64,000 nt of DNA from Podarcis erhardii (lineage: Eukaryota). Below the pieces are notes generated by a model, which was not told the origin of the DNA, did no database searches, and saw only the letters and a program-made list of their open reading frames with translations. The first letter of the stretch is position 1. Each line of letters opens with the position of its first letter. This document shows, one piece after another, positions 26,391 to 39,882 of this stretch. The translations under genes were made by a program, and so were the position numbers. The stretch lies in assembly GCA_964252035.1 (NCBI GenBank), contig OZ176204.1. One strand, 5' to 3'.

Positions 26391-27129
26391 GCTAAGGGTT
26401 TAAGTAACAGCAAACACATTTTTGTCCAGGGTGCTGAAGTATCTGTCCCAGACCACCCTTGTTTCCCAATTCCACTTCCCATTGTGCAAGTGGATACACA
26501 GTGCTATGCTCTTGCTATATGTACCAACCTGCTATAACCAATGCAAGACCTGTTTACGCAAAGCTCCTCCAAGACTCATCATGAAATGAAGACAGAAAAC
26601 TAGAAAGCTCATACTGCATAAACAGGAAGCACAAGGACATTAAAGAGCATATTAAATAACATTTTGCTAATATTGTCTCTACACTCCTGTGCTACACATA
26701 TAATGGATGTGGTATAGATAATCCTGTTTATTTAAGTGACACCATGGACATCCAAGACATTGAGGCAATGAAAGAAAAAGCAGATGAAAAGGATGTGCTG
26801 CTTACATAAACGTACCATTGACATGAGACTGTGTGGGTGGCAGCAAGTAAATTTAGATCACTAGATAATTCTAACACAGAAAATGTATTAGCTGAATTCA
26901 GTCTTCATTTTGGGAAGTAAAAATGTTCAGATATGAAGTATCAGGTGTGGTGCCTCCCAAAAGATTTGTGGGTTCCTATTCACCATTCTTGGCCTGGCAT
27001 CTTTGCCATCAGTTTTTCAAAAACTAGCACCATTGCATGTATGTACCTAAGAGAGCCAATAATTCATATTACTCAACAAGTAATTGTCAGTGTCATAGGG
27101 ATGAGATGGGACACTCAGTATATTTAGAC

Positions 27130-27265
27130 CAGGCATAGGCAAACTCTGGCCCTCCAGATGTTTGGGAATACAGTTCCCATTATTCCTGACCACTGGTCCT
27201 GTTAGCTAGGGATGATGGAAATTGTAGTCCCAAACATCTGGAGGGCTGGAGTTTGCCTGTGCATG
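27130..27265. mobile_element. hAT MITE
   Basis: TIR CAGGCATAGGCAAACT / AGTTTGCCTGTGCATG. 8-bp TSD ATTTAGAC/ATTTAGGC (7/8). Internally palindromic. Confidence 0.88.
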
Positions 27266-27880
27266 ATTTAGGCAGAGCTAACTGTTGTACTATATAAATT
27301 AACTTTTTTTGGAGTGGCCTAATTGAAACAGCACAGCCAAGCCAATTACAAGGACTACTCTATGACTATAATGGATACTTTAAGGTGTCAATCAATTAAG
27401 GATGGGCAGGATCCCCTAAGAATTAATGAGATCTCACTGCAGTTCCATGGTGCCTCAAACCTACATACAGCTGTCCATAATAACCCCATTCATAATGGTT
27501 TACCCCTTAGACCTCCCTACTAATTCTTCCTAATTTGGAATCTTCTTAAACACACACACAACTGCATTCTCTGGAGCACCGAAATAGCTAGGACTTTCTC
27601 TCACCAGTTTATTTTAGTAAACACAAATTAGCTATGGAAAAATATCCATGAGAAGGAAAGCTGCTCTTGAAGATGGTTGGTCAAAAAGTAAATTTACATT
27701 ACAAAATTTATTAAAAATAAAATGTATGTGTTAAACTATTAAATCTACATAGATTCAATATTATTATTTTACTTTTATAGAATAAAAATATGCACACTAT
27801 TGCTGTCAAACGTATCCACAGCAAAGTCCAATTGAATTCAGTGGGAATGACAAAGTGTGTTCTCCCTCATAGAGAGCACA

Positions 27881-28661
27881 TGTTGCAGTGGGGTCTGCCA
27901 GACCACCCCTCTGCTGCCAGGCAGGGTTAGAAAGATGGCCTGTGGCAACAGTTGGATGATTGGGTTGCTGGGGTAATTTCTATGTTGCCAATTCGGTGGG
28001 AGGGATCAAAGGTTTTATATTATGTGCACACAGCTTGGGGCTTTCTCTTTCGCTGCGTGCACCGGATCACCCGCCCACACGCCCTAATTTCAGGAGTTTT
28101 TGCGTTGACCTTGCTATGCCTGTCATGGGGTCGTCTGCTTTGGGGGCAGGGGCCTGGTAGGAATTTTGTCCATCTGGCTGATTGGCTGGGCCATTTGGTT
28201 TTTGCCTACTGTGTAACAAATCGTCACAACTTGTAAGGTTGTGGTTAGGCACTGGTCATCAAATTGGTTGGAGGAGGGGTAAGGATTGGCTGTGCCTGCC
28301 CCTCCAATGCTGCTGCTGAAAGGGAATTCCATTAAAGGAATCCAGGGGCTTGCCATGTTTTTGTCCGAATCCCTGGAATGGGGCTAGGGCCGGCAAGCCC
28401 CGGGGAGCATGCAGGGAGAGGTGAGGGCCTGTGGCTCAGCTCCATTTCTCCCCAATATTATTTTCCCTTAATGGCTTTCGCTGGAATCCAGAAGTCAGTT
28501 CTGTCCCCGGGCAGGGGGACAGATAGTTATAACCATTGCCTAAGAACCACTTTATGTATTTTAATAAAGTTGTGGCCAAAATTATGCCAAAAACCTTAAA
28601 CAAAAATTATGTGTGAGTTGTGAGTTATTTGAGGGGTGGCTTGGGGACCTCGACACGCAAC
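27881..28661 (+). mobile_element. Solo LTR-like element (~780 bp)
   Basis: Starts TGTTGC and ends GCAAC. AATAAAGTTGTGGCC at ~28563. Internal homology to three other copies. No clear TSD. Confidence 0.72.
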
Positions 28662-28678
28662 TGAGAAATCATACATAG

Positions 28679-28813
28679 CAGCCTTCCCAACCTAGTCTCG
28701 TCCAGATGTTTTGGATTACAACTCCCATCAGATCCAACCAGCAGAACCAATGATCAGGGATGGTGGGAGTTAAGTCCAACAACATTCTAAGGGTGCCAAG
28801 TAGGGGAAAGCTG
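28679..28813. mobile_element. Degraded hAT MITE related to 27130 copy
   Basis: CAGCCTTCCCAACC..TCCAGATGTTTTGGATTACAACTCCCATC..GGGAGTT.AGTCCAA..GGGAAAGCTG. Confidence 0.65.
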
Positions 28814-30009
28814 ATCTTGTAGACTGGTCTGGAAATGCAATACTTTTCCAGAATAGTAGTCCAGATAAGTATTTAGTTATTTTTTAAAAATGAATCTCTT
28901 TATTAGAAAGAATGGTGTGTATAGTTTCGTTGAAGAAAAGCTTGACACACTTCTGAAAAAAACATTGGCCACAGTACAAATTTACTTACTTGCAAGTGTC
29001 AACCTAAATCCTTGAAGCTTACTGCATTGCAGTGGCTGTGTTATTATCTTTGTGCAGAAACAAAGAGATTACATGAGAGAGATCTCAAAAGTAAGAAAAA
29101 ATGACAGGTTAGCGATGAAAGCTAAGTGTTCAACAGCTAAAAGGTTCATTCCCCCTCCTTTATTAAGGGCTTTGTCTCCAGGCAAAATTTATTTTTAAAA
29201 GACAGCAATCACTATATATTGCTATACAGACTGAGCAATGGAAGTCTCTAGTAAGAATGGGGATGAGGAGAAGTACCTTTTACTCCCCTTCTGTAGCTCA
29301 GTGATTTATGGGCATGAGCCAAATTACATTAAGGATTTCAGGCTTAAGATTGGGTCCTGATTTAAATATGCTCCTAGATTACTAAAGCTGCATACCTATG
29401 TGGTGACCGCTTCACTTGGCTGTATGCTTAAAACAGGGCTCTCAGGTGTAATGTTAGCATGCTGCCATGGATCACTAACCCAGCCAGTTGTCCCACTAAC
29501 ATGTTAATGCAAATGCATAGCAGCTGGATTTAAACATTAAGATGGATTGTTGGATATAGGTTAAGTTTTAGGGATGGCTTTTTAGCATTAGATTACCAGG
29601 AGGATTGCTTCCTTGAAAAAGCTGAGTGCTGCTGAAATAAATGTGTGTCAATGTACAGAGTGTCCTTTGAGGACATAAGGTTCTGGTGGATCAGACCACA
29701 GGCACCCACTAGTTCAACATCCTCTGAACCACCCCAAGATCTTCAGGTGAAAGGCAGTATACAATTTTAATAAACAACAACAACAACAACAACAAATATC
29801 CTGTTTCCTACAGTGGCCATTTGTGCCACAGTGGGTTGCTCTGCATTGAAGTTCCCAGGGTTTGAAATGCTTTGAAGCACAAAATTTACTTTTTGAATTC
29901 TGGAAAAGCATATATCAGGTTATGAAACGTATTATATGGACTGATTGCTGTTGTGGAACTAGCTTTTAAATGGCGATTTCAGAAAACAGAATGTGTGACC
30001 AGTAACATT

Positions 30010-30325
30010 GAGGGAGAAATTTGTTTCAGATTGCATTTCAGTGAATCAAACTGACAAAGTGAATCAAACAACCAAAACACAGCCATCCTTAGAAATTCAA
30101 GCTTCTCCAAATTTTGCAATGCAGTTTTCTAGCCAAGTAATGTGTACAAAAATTGATATGCTAAGGTGCATATATTAGTGAAAATAACACACAAAAATGC
30201 ATTATGTTAGGGGGCATTGCTTTACAAAAGTCTCTTAGGCAAAAGAGAAGTTTGATAATTAATTTTCGTGCTGTTTTTAAAAAGAAAACAAATCTCAAAT
30301 TGATGTAGGAGAACTGAACCTAGGA
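30010..30325. repeat. Unclassified interspersed repeat
   Basis: Contains CAGCCATCCTTAGAAATTC..TTCTCCAAATTTTGCAATGCAG..GCCAAGTAATGTGTACAAAAAT..CAAAAATGCATTATGTTAGGGG. Recognised from memory as a lizard repeat; class unknown. Confidence 0.45.
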
Positions 30326-30593
30326 ATGGAAAAAATGAGAAACTGAAATAAATTGAAATTGATAAATTCGCCCATCCCAGTTAACTGTCAGTCCCCTTAC
30401 TAAACTGTTCCAGAAGTCTTCAGAACTGAACCATTGTCTATAGTGGTTGGAAAGTCTCAATGTTCTAACATTCTGATTTCTGATTAACCTTATTTGTACA
30501 TTATATATTTTCATTATTGAGTATTTAACCATAGTGGTCCCTCTTCCTCTTGATGCTTAATACCTGATTCGGTGGAATATTATCTGAGAAATA

Positions 30594-30675
30594 ATACAAT
30601 ACAATACAATACAATACAATACAATACAATACAATACAATACAATACAATACAATACAATACAATACAATACAAT
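30594..30675. repeat. (ATACA)n microsatellite
   Basis: About 16 perfect units. Confidence 0.97.
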
Positions 30676-31212
30676 ATTCAGTTGTATGATCTGTATTCAT
30701 GTTCTTATTTTGGTAACCAGGATTACCAAAGTTTTGCATTTCTTTTCTTTGTTTAACAACGAAATATGGCCTTGGTTAGTGTGCATAAGAAGAGAAGTTC
30801 AAGTGGGGGGGGGGAGGCATATTTGTTTTGCTCTCACCAATAAGAAAAACAAACAAAATATGAGGGCAAAGAAAAAGTGACAGAGCAGGAAAGAAGAATG
30901 ATGGCACACATGACATATCTCCTTGAAACACAAGTTCTATTACAAATTCATTTCCTTCCTATCTTTTATGGTATTACAGCATAGTCCTGCCTAGATCAAA
31001 CCCTAGAAGTTATTTAAAATGGTTCTTTCTCACACAAGGACCAGGAAAGGTGGCAAAAATAAAAAGGAAATATTTTAAAGCAATCTCAACAATATAATGA
31101 ATGTATTTTTTAAAAACAAAAAAATGGGATTGCTTTCCATAATGACTGTGCTTAGTAGTGCAGTACCAGGGAGCGTAACGCACAACTTAAATAATGTAAT
31201 GATTGTCACAAT

Positions 31213-31360
31213 CAGTGCTTTTTTTTCTTAAAAAAATGTTTAGGGTACTCTCATTTTCCTACTCACATTGAAATATTGCCCCTCAATGAGGCCAAACTTA
31301 GATTCACAAATTGTTTAGGAGTATGCGTACCCCTGCGTCCCCCCAGAAAAAAAAGCACTG
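31213..31360. mobile_element. hAT MITE
   Basis: TIR CAGTGCTTTTTTT / AAAAAAAGCACTG. Perfect 8-bp TSD GTCACAAT (31205-31212, 31361-31368). Confidence 0.93.
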
Positions 31361-32791
31361 GTCACAATACGTTCTTTTGCTGCATTTCAGTACAGCACTG
31401 CCTACTATATTTTAAATGCTTTCACAAATGATGAATGATGATTTTTAGAATATTGTTTTAGATTACCATACTGGGGCTTGGATTCAAAGGTGTAGCCTTT
31501 GGGGCTATTCTAAAGGCCTAAAAAGCAAGTCCATAATAAAAATGTTCTGGTAAAGAGGTCTTAGAGGGTGGAAAATCAATACAAAAAAGCGAGAAAATAA
31601 ATACAGGTGGCCTAAATATTTATTTGTTAGTAAACTATTGAGTAGAATACTGCCTCCATGTCATTCTAAGGTTGCGGTGCTAGTTGTAAATGGGTGGTGA
31701 AAATGAAGGAAAGGGTCCACATTAGGCAACATTTAAAAAGAAAAAAATCTAATATCTAATCCTCTCCGAATTTCACATGAATATCTACTATATTACACTT
31801 TCTAATTCTTCTTTTCTTCAATATAATTTTGCATGTTTACAAAACTGTACAATTAACATGTGTCCTATATGGAACAATTACTAAGTCTAAGTTGTTCGTA
31901 TTTGCTGAAGAAAAATAGAGATTTGAAATGCTTCGGACAGAAGCTGCAAAGTATATTAACAAATGCAACTGTGTTTCCCCACACCCCATTCCTCACTCCT
32001 ACCCCACAGTGATGCAATCTGCCTCCTCTGTAGCAATGTCCTAGCTATACGGATTAAAGAGATTCTACGGATTCTACGGATTCTACGGATTAAAGTTTCT
32101 TAAATATTTTTTTTAAGCACAAAGAAACAACCTTTCTTCCTGATAAGAGGAGATTTAGTAATCTTTGTGTTTTTAAAGAGTTATGTGGATTTAGCCATAT
32201 GATTCCCATTAGTGTCAATAGGACCCATGCCGATTAATCCCAAAAAGTTATTTGAAAAGATGGAGTTGGTATGGCTAGATCACAAGAGCATCATATCTAA
32301 TAGAGAATCAACTTCTAACTGATTTTTACTTGACAAAGCACTCCAATAACATTTGGAAGCGGTGCAAAGTCAGACTGTCAGCGGTTAAAAAAACCAAAAA
32401 CATTTGTTGGACCAGACCTGTAAATCTTACTCCATAAACATATGAAATATTCTAGTAGGCATGGTGTGCAGGTATGTAAAGAAGTCAGCTGTATCTAACT
32501 TATGCATTGCTGGCTCTTGACTGTTGCGATACACTCCTGATTAATGCTTTTTGATACATCATGGCTATTCCAAGTCACTGGAATTTGCACCATCCATCCT
32601 ACCAGTTAGAGAGAAGCTAATTTTTTTAATCTGGATAGAGACAAATGGCAAGAAGCAGCCTGGAAGAGATTCATGGTCATGCTCTTGTTTTTGAGAAACT
32701 GTTGCTGCTTCAGGATTAGTTCCAGGGTCTGTCTGCCTGCTCTCCCACTACTCAGGCAATGCATTTGTAAAATACCCATGAACAGGCATTA

Positions 32792-33033
32792 GTGTGGTAC
32801 CTTGGGTTAAGTACTTAATTCGTTCTGGAGGTCCGTTCTTAACCTTAAACTGTTCTTAACCTGAAGAACCACTTTAGCTAATGGAGCTTCCTGCTGCTGC
32901 CATGCCACCAGAGCATGATTTCTGTTCTCATCCTGAAGCAAAGTTCTTAACCTGAGGTACTATTTCTGGGTTAGCGGAGTCTGTAAACTGAAGCATATGT
33001 AACCTGAAGCGTATGTAACCCGAGGTACCACTG
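32792..33033. mobile_element. Tc1/mariner MITE, family B
   Basis: TA|GTGTGGTACCTTGGGTT ... AACCCGAGGTACCACTG|CA. Confidence 0.88.
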
Positions 33034-33107
33034 CACTGTGTGCAGATCCAAATATGTAGTTGCTTCCATATTTAATGTGGGTCAAATGCAACACTCTTTA
33101 TCCACAT

Positions 33108-33250
33108 AGGTAAAGGTAAAGGTACCCCTGACTGTTAGGTCCAGTCACAGATGACTCTGGGGTTGCGGCGCTCATCTCGCTCTATAGGCCAAGGGAGCTG
33201 GCATTTGTCTGCAGACAGCTTCCGAGTCATGTGGCCAGCATGACTAAGCC
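33108..33250 (-). mobile_element. Sauria SINE, 3' fragment
   Basis: AGGTAAAGGTAAAGG tail to CATGTGGCCAGCATGACTAAGCC. Confidence 0.85.
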
Positions 33251-33349
33251 AACTAGCAAGCCCAGAGAGGGCAGAAAAGGAACCACAAGGACCATGGCAG
33301 GTTATAATTGTTCTGAACTGCCTTAGATCTACAGATAAGGGGACGTATA

Positions 33350-33696
33350 AAAGGGTAAAGGGGACCCCTGACCATTAGGTCCAATCATGACCGACTCTGG
33401 GGTTGCAGTGCTCATCTCGCTTTATTGGCCGAGGGAGCTGGCATACAGCTTCTGGGTCATGTGGCCAGCATGACTAAGCCACTTCTGGCGAACCAGAGCA
33501 GTGCATGGAAACACTGTTTACCTTCCCGCCAGAGCGGTACCTATTTATCTACTTGCACTCTGACGTACTTTCGAACTGCTAGGTTGGCAGGAGCAGGGAC
33601 CGAGCAACGGGAGCTCACCCTGTCGCGGTGATTCAAACTGCCGACCTTCTGATCTGCAAGCCCTAGGCTCTGTGATTTAACCCACAGCGCCACCCG
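33350..33696 (-). mobile_element. Sauria SINE, full length
   Basis: GGTAAAGGGGACCCCTGACCATTAGG ... CCCACAGCGCCACCC. Confidence 0.92.
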
Positions 33697-36619
33697 GGTA
33701 TACAAATTTAATAAAAATAAATCATGATCTGCTCCCTAAAGCCTCATTTGAATCAACCTACTGACAATGCCAACAACTCACAAATAGACATACAAATATT
33801 GTTTTCCTTTTTTAAAAAAAATAATAATATGATTATGTGTTCCAGAACAATGAGCTGAATATGACACAAGCAGGGGTACATACAATAACTGGATGCAATA
33901 TTATAGTTCTAAATAAAAACAGATTTTAAAAAATGAAAGGCTCATAAGGAGAGCTCTGCTTTATCAGATCGAAAGTCCATAGGTCTATGTACCTATGGTG
34001 CCAACTAGATGAATATGGGATGCATCTTCACCACTTGATTCCCAGCAACCTTAAGAGGCATATTTAGACACAACTGGCCTCGTCATGAGTTATGTAGAAT
34101 CATGTGGGTTCACGCACCAGATCCAAAGGATACTACCTGAACGGCCACTTACAAGTCACAAATGACTGCATTGCCAGTCACCACTGTGTCAGTGCTCCAG
34201 CCCTTCTGACTGCCATTCCTCAGCTCCTTCCCTCTTGCTCATTCGCCCACTGCTGAGAAAGCAGCAGCAGTCACATATTCCAGGCCTCACTCTGTGTGAT
34301 GCACTGTAGTTGAAGAGAGCTATGGAGCATCTTCATAACCACTGCTTTGCCACAATATCACCAAATTACTATTTAAAGCTATTAGACGGTGAGGAGTTTA
34401 AATCTATCTATCATCTATCTATCTATCTAGTCCACAGCCACCTCACTTACAATTCCTCACTCTGAGGAAGGAACCCCGAGATTGTGACATGGAAAGGCTG
34501 CACAATCACCAGTTTCTTGGCAGTGAATTGTGGAGGAAGATGAAAGAGGCAGCAGCTGAGGTCAGGAGGAGAAGGCAATAGGGGGAAGGAGGAGATGCAG
34601 TGGTAGGTAGGAACACCCTTAGGAGGTGCAATGTCTTGCACAAACCTTGTTTTTAGATTTCGAGAAGCAGGTGTACTTGGGAACAGGTTACCTGGCTATT
34701 GTTCCCCAGTAAGCTGCAGCTAGATATAGTAACTTGGTTGTGTTTTGTTTTGTATTTTTGGTATTCTATTTATATAATTAAAGGAGGGGGTGTTCCAAGG
34801 CAATGCTTATGTTCTTAAGATTTCTTGTATGATGACAAATAGTTTGCACATTGCCTAACAAGATTTCTCAAAGCAACAGCTGTTATGCATGCATGCGGCT
34901 TTGATATCAAACACCTCAACTTAGAAGTCAATACGCAGATACTAATGATAAGGTTTTATTATTTAGACACTTTCCAAGTTAATTTAAGGAGCGTATATCT
35001 GAAGGGAGTGGTTGGGCGGGGTTTATTTAAGGTTATGGGTCACCCACTATTTTACCTACACTTTCATGTTTCTTTTGGGTGTGTTATCTGGTTTTTTGTT
35101 GAATAAACCAGAGCTGGAAGATTCCCCCCCCCTTAACCTACCTTCCTTAATTAGAGCAAACTCCCTGATGTGATGTGATCTAATCTGCCCTAAATTCCTC
35201 AAGCCCCTAATTCCAAATGCATCCACATCACTGGCTCTCCCCAGCAGACAATGCCATATTTCTTGGTTTTATTAACTGACCAGATATTCTTGGAATCAAA
35301 CTCGTCTAGTGCAGGAAATCTTGTCCAGTTTAAATACATGATGATCTATGAAGCAGTAACAAGTCCTGGGCCAATATACCTTCATGGTTTCTCTCTTCTT
35401 TTGTTTGCCTGGGCAATTTATTCATCGCTTGAATTTAAACCAGAATCCCAGTTGCATCAGAACATCTAAGTCCACCTTAGGCTTATTGTGAAGGCACGCC
35501 TTTTGTCAGAAGCGGAGTGGTTATGTTTTAAGCTCCAGTATCTCTCTCTCTCATACACACTTAAATTCTTCTTGTACAAATTAATCCCTGTTTGGGATTA
35601 TGCTGCATATCAGCTTCAATCACAATGCCATAGCTTGAATGGATTGTGAATCAGGCTGATGGAAGCTGGAGTCCCCCGTCCCCCCCCCCCCCCCCGGTCA
35701 TGTAAGCTAAGGAGAGGAAATAAATATTTCTCAGTTGCCTTTATTTTTAGAGTAATAAAAAAGGGCTGCTGAGGATTTCCCTAAACAGCATGTGAATGGA
35801 TGTGAATGGATGTGAAAAGAGAACTGAGTGTGAAAAGATACAGCCTTAAATAGGTGCTGCCTCATTTGCATTCTATTTACAAAAAAAGATAGTTGCTTCT
35901 TGACAGTTTGCTGCTAGCTGACATCTTGGTGTGCTAGAATGACCTTAATTATGTACAGATTCCCTTTGCTTCATTATTTGAGCACAAACATTTTTTTTTT
36001 AAAAAAAAAAACCCACACATTTATTTAACACTTAGCATTTGCTGACCATTCTGTTCTGCAAAAAGCATTCCCTGATTTGGGTGTAAAAAAATTAATATAT
36101 TGCAAAGCTTTGGTTTCTTCCGCTTGTTGGAAGCATAGCGGAAGTGTGAGAGTATTATTTAGACAAGATGTTCCTGCTATGTTGAAAATGGGAAGAAATG
36201 CTAAGATTTAGCAGTTTAACACCACAAAAGGAAGCTTACACCCCAAAACAGCAATGTGCCACTAGTAAGCAGTGCCCTGGTTCCTTCTGAAAACACAAGC
36301 AGTAAGAATATGTCAACATCACAATGATGACTGCAATATGCTTTAAAGTCAGGTACTAATATAATTATTATGGGCTTGAATGACGCACCCTGAAACTAAA
36401 AGCAACTAAACATTTACAATATGATATTATTCTTTTTCTCTCTCCCCCCCCCCCCCGCCACCCCACATCCCTTCAGCTAATTATATGCTTCCCTAAGTTT
36501 AGGTTTTGTGCTTTATTTTCTTCCCACCTACACACAAGCAGTAAAGCCATAGAGGAAACATGCTGAAGCAGAGGCCTGAAGTGTGATGCAGGCCTTCCCA
36601 GTCAAGCATAGATGCTTAC

Positions 36620-36883
36620 TGTTAAGTTGTGGGTGAACATATCAGACGGCACAGTGATTCTTCAAACAGCTCTTGTTTACTCACAGGCCAGAACAGAACT
36701 GAACTGAAGGGTTCGACCAGCCTGCTTATATAGAGCTGCACTAGAACGCAACAGTAACCATTTTCTGTAACTATCCAATCACTGAACGTCTTTTTCAATC
36801 CCTTATTTGTATATGTGGACCTGAGTGAAAACTATCTACAGTATCCCCCTGCTGGCCCAGGGTGAGAACTTCAGTACATAACA
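36620..36883 (-). mobile_element. Short solo LTR (264 bp; Copia/Gypsy-type)
   Basis: TGTTA...TAACA termini. Perfect 5-bp TSD CTTAC (36615-36619, 36884-36888). Minus-strand TATATAA at 36726-36732. Confidence 0.9.
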
Positions 36884-37655
36884 CTTACCAAGAGGAGTGT
36901 GAGCTGTTCCCTTGTCTCCAGCCCAATGGATCAGGAAACAGAAGCCCTTCTAGAAGTTATGGTAAACATGTGCACAGGAAGGGAGGTATGGTAGTGCATA
37001 AACTATATGCATGTAGGTTCTGCACCTATATTTCAAACTCCTTCCCAGCCCGCCCCCCACAAAAAGAGTCCATTCCACAATCACAATGTTATTTGAACAC
37101 CTGCATGCTCTTCCACAACTATGCTGAATGTTCCCAAGAGATGGGATCAGGGGCAGGTGGCTTCAACATCAGGACAAGTTGGCATCCCGGGACAGCTGCC
37201 AGGACCCTGGCACTCCTGCAGAGTCCACAGCTGATACCCTCTCTAGGTTCTCATTTAAACTATTTTTTCCAGCCTGATACTCTTAGTAGAGCTTGTTGGC
37301 CACTATCTTAATTTCTCACAGTGCCCAAGAATGATCTTACATTAGGAATACTGCAGGAAATTGAAAGGAGAGCTAGTGTCGGTTTCCCAATGCTGCTTAG
37401 AGCACACCTCAGAGCACTGCTGCTGCCGCCTTCAGCAGCACCAGCAAACTCACTATCACATTAAGGAAAGGCACTTTGCCCTTTAAACCTGGAACTGGCC
37501 CTGATGCTCATATTCTGTTACATACACTATTTTACTATACCATTCAATAAGGGCTGGAATGTCAGTGCATTCCAAGGCAGAGCCTTGGATTGCAAGTTTA
37601 CTGCCTTTACCCTATTATTCAAGTAGCAATATTTCTTGGGGAGGGGATGCAGCTT

Positions 37656-38185
37656 GTGTGGCAAGGCCCAGGGACCCAAAGTTCCCCTTAGATAATAAAC
37701 AGATGGCCACAAATATTTTGAGTTAATCGGATAAATAAAGCCACAACTTTATTGGTTACAGACATGAGTGGTTTGTCTTAGGCGTTTGGGTGAAGCCAAA
37801 CTATATCCTGACTCTCCTGCCCATCTACAGAAAGTCTCAACCACAGAGAGGGGGAGCCCTAAGATATACATCAATTAAGAGCACCCCCAGGGTCACTGAT
37901 GGGGTCGTGGCATGGTCCTAGCCCACGCCCAGGCTTCGGACAGGATCCACACCCCCGGATCCCTTTAACAGGATACCCTTAATGAGGAGGGGCAGGCAAA
38001 GGCAACAACCTTCCCTCCCATGAACCAGGCTTACCCAATGCCTAACCGCCTAACCTTACAAAGTTGTGAGGATTGCTACAAGGTAGGCAAAAACCAAATG
38101 GCTGGTGCCAATTTGCCAAGTGGAAAAATTCCTACCTGGCCTCAACAATAAGGTAACTGACATTAGTCCATAGCAAGGCCAAAGT
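37656..38185 (-). mobile_element. Truncated LTR fragment (family of 27881/51786 copies) flanked by 51-bp direct repeats
   Basis: The reverse complement matches the 27.9-kb copy (GGCCTTGCTATGG, GCCATTTGGTTTTTGCCTAC, AATAAAAGTTGTGGC). Direct repeats at 37605-37655 and 38186-38236 are 49/51 identical. Confidence 0.85.
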
Positions 38186-39524
38186 CTTTACCCTATTATT
38201 CAAGTAGCAAGATTTCTTGGGGAGGGGGTGCAGCTTTCCAGAGTGGCCATGGTTTAGAAAGTTCTGTAGATTGCAGCCTGCTTCCAGCCTGCTGTGTGGG
38301 GAGGGGGACCCATTATCGCCTCTTGAATGACCTCTGTTAACTTTTCCATCAGTTTCCAGTTCCATAGAACTGTAGAGCTGAAAGAGATCACAAGGTCATC
38401 AGAATCAATTGAATAATTGAAGTTGATTCCACAAAAAAGGACAAGATACAATACCAAACACCTCCCTAGGAACTGCCATCATAATAGTTGTCCTAAATAC
38501 AAGTGACTTTATTTTCAAAGTCTTATGCAAACATGCCACAGTGGGCGTTTGAAGAATCCAGAGGTGTGCCCTCCACAGACAACAACCTATGGACCAAGAT
38601 GACAAATGGAGGATGCAAAGTATCTCTTCTTTCCTGTTCTTGGTACCACCTGATAGGTGTGATTTGTTGGCCTCAGAGTGAGATTTCCACTACCTACATA
38701 ACAGAATTGCATCCGCTCCTTTGCAATTCTATGAAGGATGAAGGGGAAATCAAGCTGAAAACAATATTAAATTTAAGTGAATATGCTGCATAAAAGCAAT
38801 AGTCCCATGCATGATCTCATACAGTACATACATACTGCTTAGGCAGATGTTTTCATCAGTCACTTATTAATCTTATGATGGAGATGAACCACCACCAGAT
38901 AATATGCGAAAATCCATTTTTATCCCCTCCTAAAATGCTTTTCTTCAGTTTTAACTTTCAAGACAATCAAATTCCCATTAATCTGTTGTTAATGAACCAA
39001 AGCAAAGAAGAAAAGTATAACTTTCCCCCTAATACTGGTAGAAAAAAATAGTTCAGATTTTTTAGATAATAATCAGAAAAACATCAACTGAGTTAATGAT
39101 GCTCTGCGTTTCAGCCTTGGAAACAGCATTGCACTGACGTACTTATACACTTCTGCTTTTCGAAGAGAAATTTTGAAGCTGGCCTGCTTCAACTCCGTTA
39201 TTAGTCCACATATTAAGGTGCTTTTCTTCTTCTGCCTAAAGCCATATATCTCTGTTGCTGGCTGTAATGCTTTAATGGTAATTCCCTACTTGAAAGCAGA
39301 AAGGTTGCGAGAAACAATTCACACTGCCGTCTGCAGATATTTCATGATTCTCAGGAGAATTTTATGAAAAACTGTTGTTTGCACAGTACTGACATGGTCC
39401 CTGTTGCCTACAGAATCATTCACTGATTTATTCAGCCCTTAGTTACCAATGGAGGTGGGGTGTTATGCAATCTTCCCCCAGATTGGTGCAGGGTAAAGGT
39501 TTCATGTGCCTACTGCTCTCCTGT

Positions 39525-39882
39525 AAGGGATGTGGGTGGCGCTGTGGTCGAAACCACAGAGCCTAGGAATTGCCAATCAGAAGGTTGGCAGTTCAATTCC
39601 CCGTGATGGGATGAGCTCCTGTTGCTCGGTCCCAGCTCCTGCCAGCCTAGCAGTTCAAAAGCACATCAAAGTGCAAGTAGATAAATAGGTACTGCTCCAG
39701 CGGGAAGGTAAATGGCCTTTCCGTGCGCTGCTCTGGTTCGCCAGAAGTGGCTTAGTCATGCTGGCCACATGACCCGGAAGCTGTACGCCGGCTCCCTTGG
39801 CCAGTAAAGCGAGATGAGCACCGCAACCCCAGAGTCGTCGGCAACTGGACTTAACTGTCAGAGGTCCCTTTACCTTTACCTT
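39525..39882 (+). mobile_element. Sauria SINE, full length
   Basis: Perfect 14-bp TSD TACTGCTCTCCTGT (39511-39524, 39883-39896) and (CCTTTA)n tail. Confidence 0.95.
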
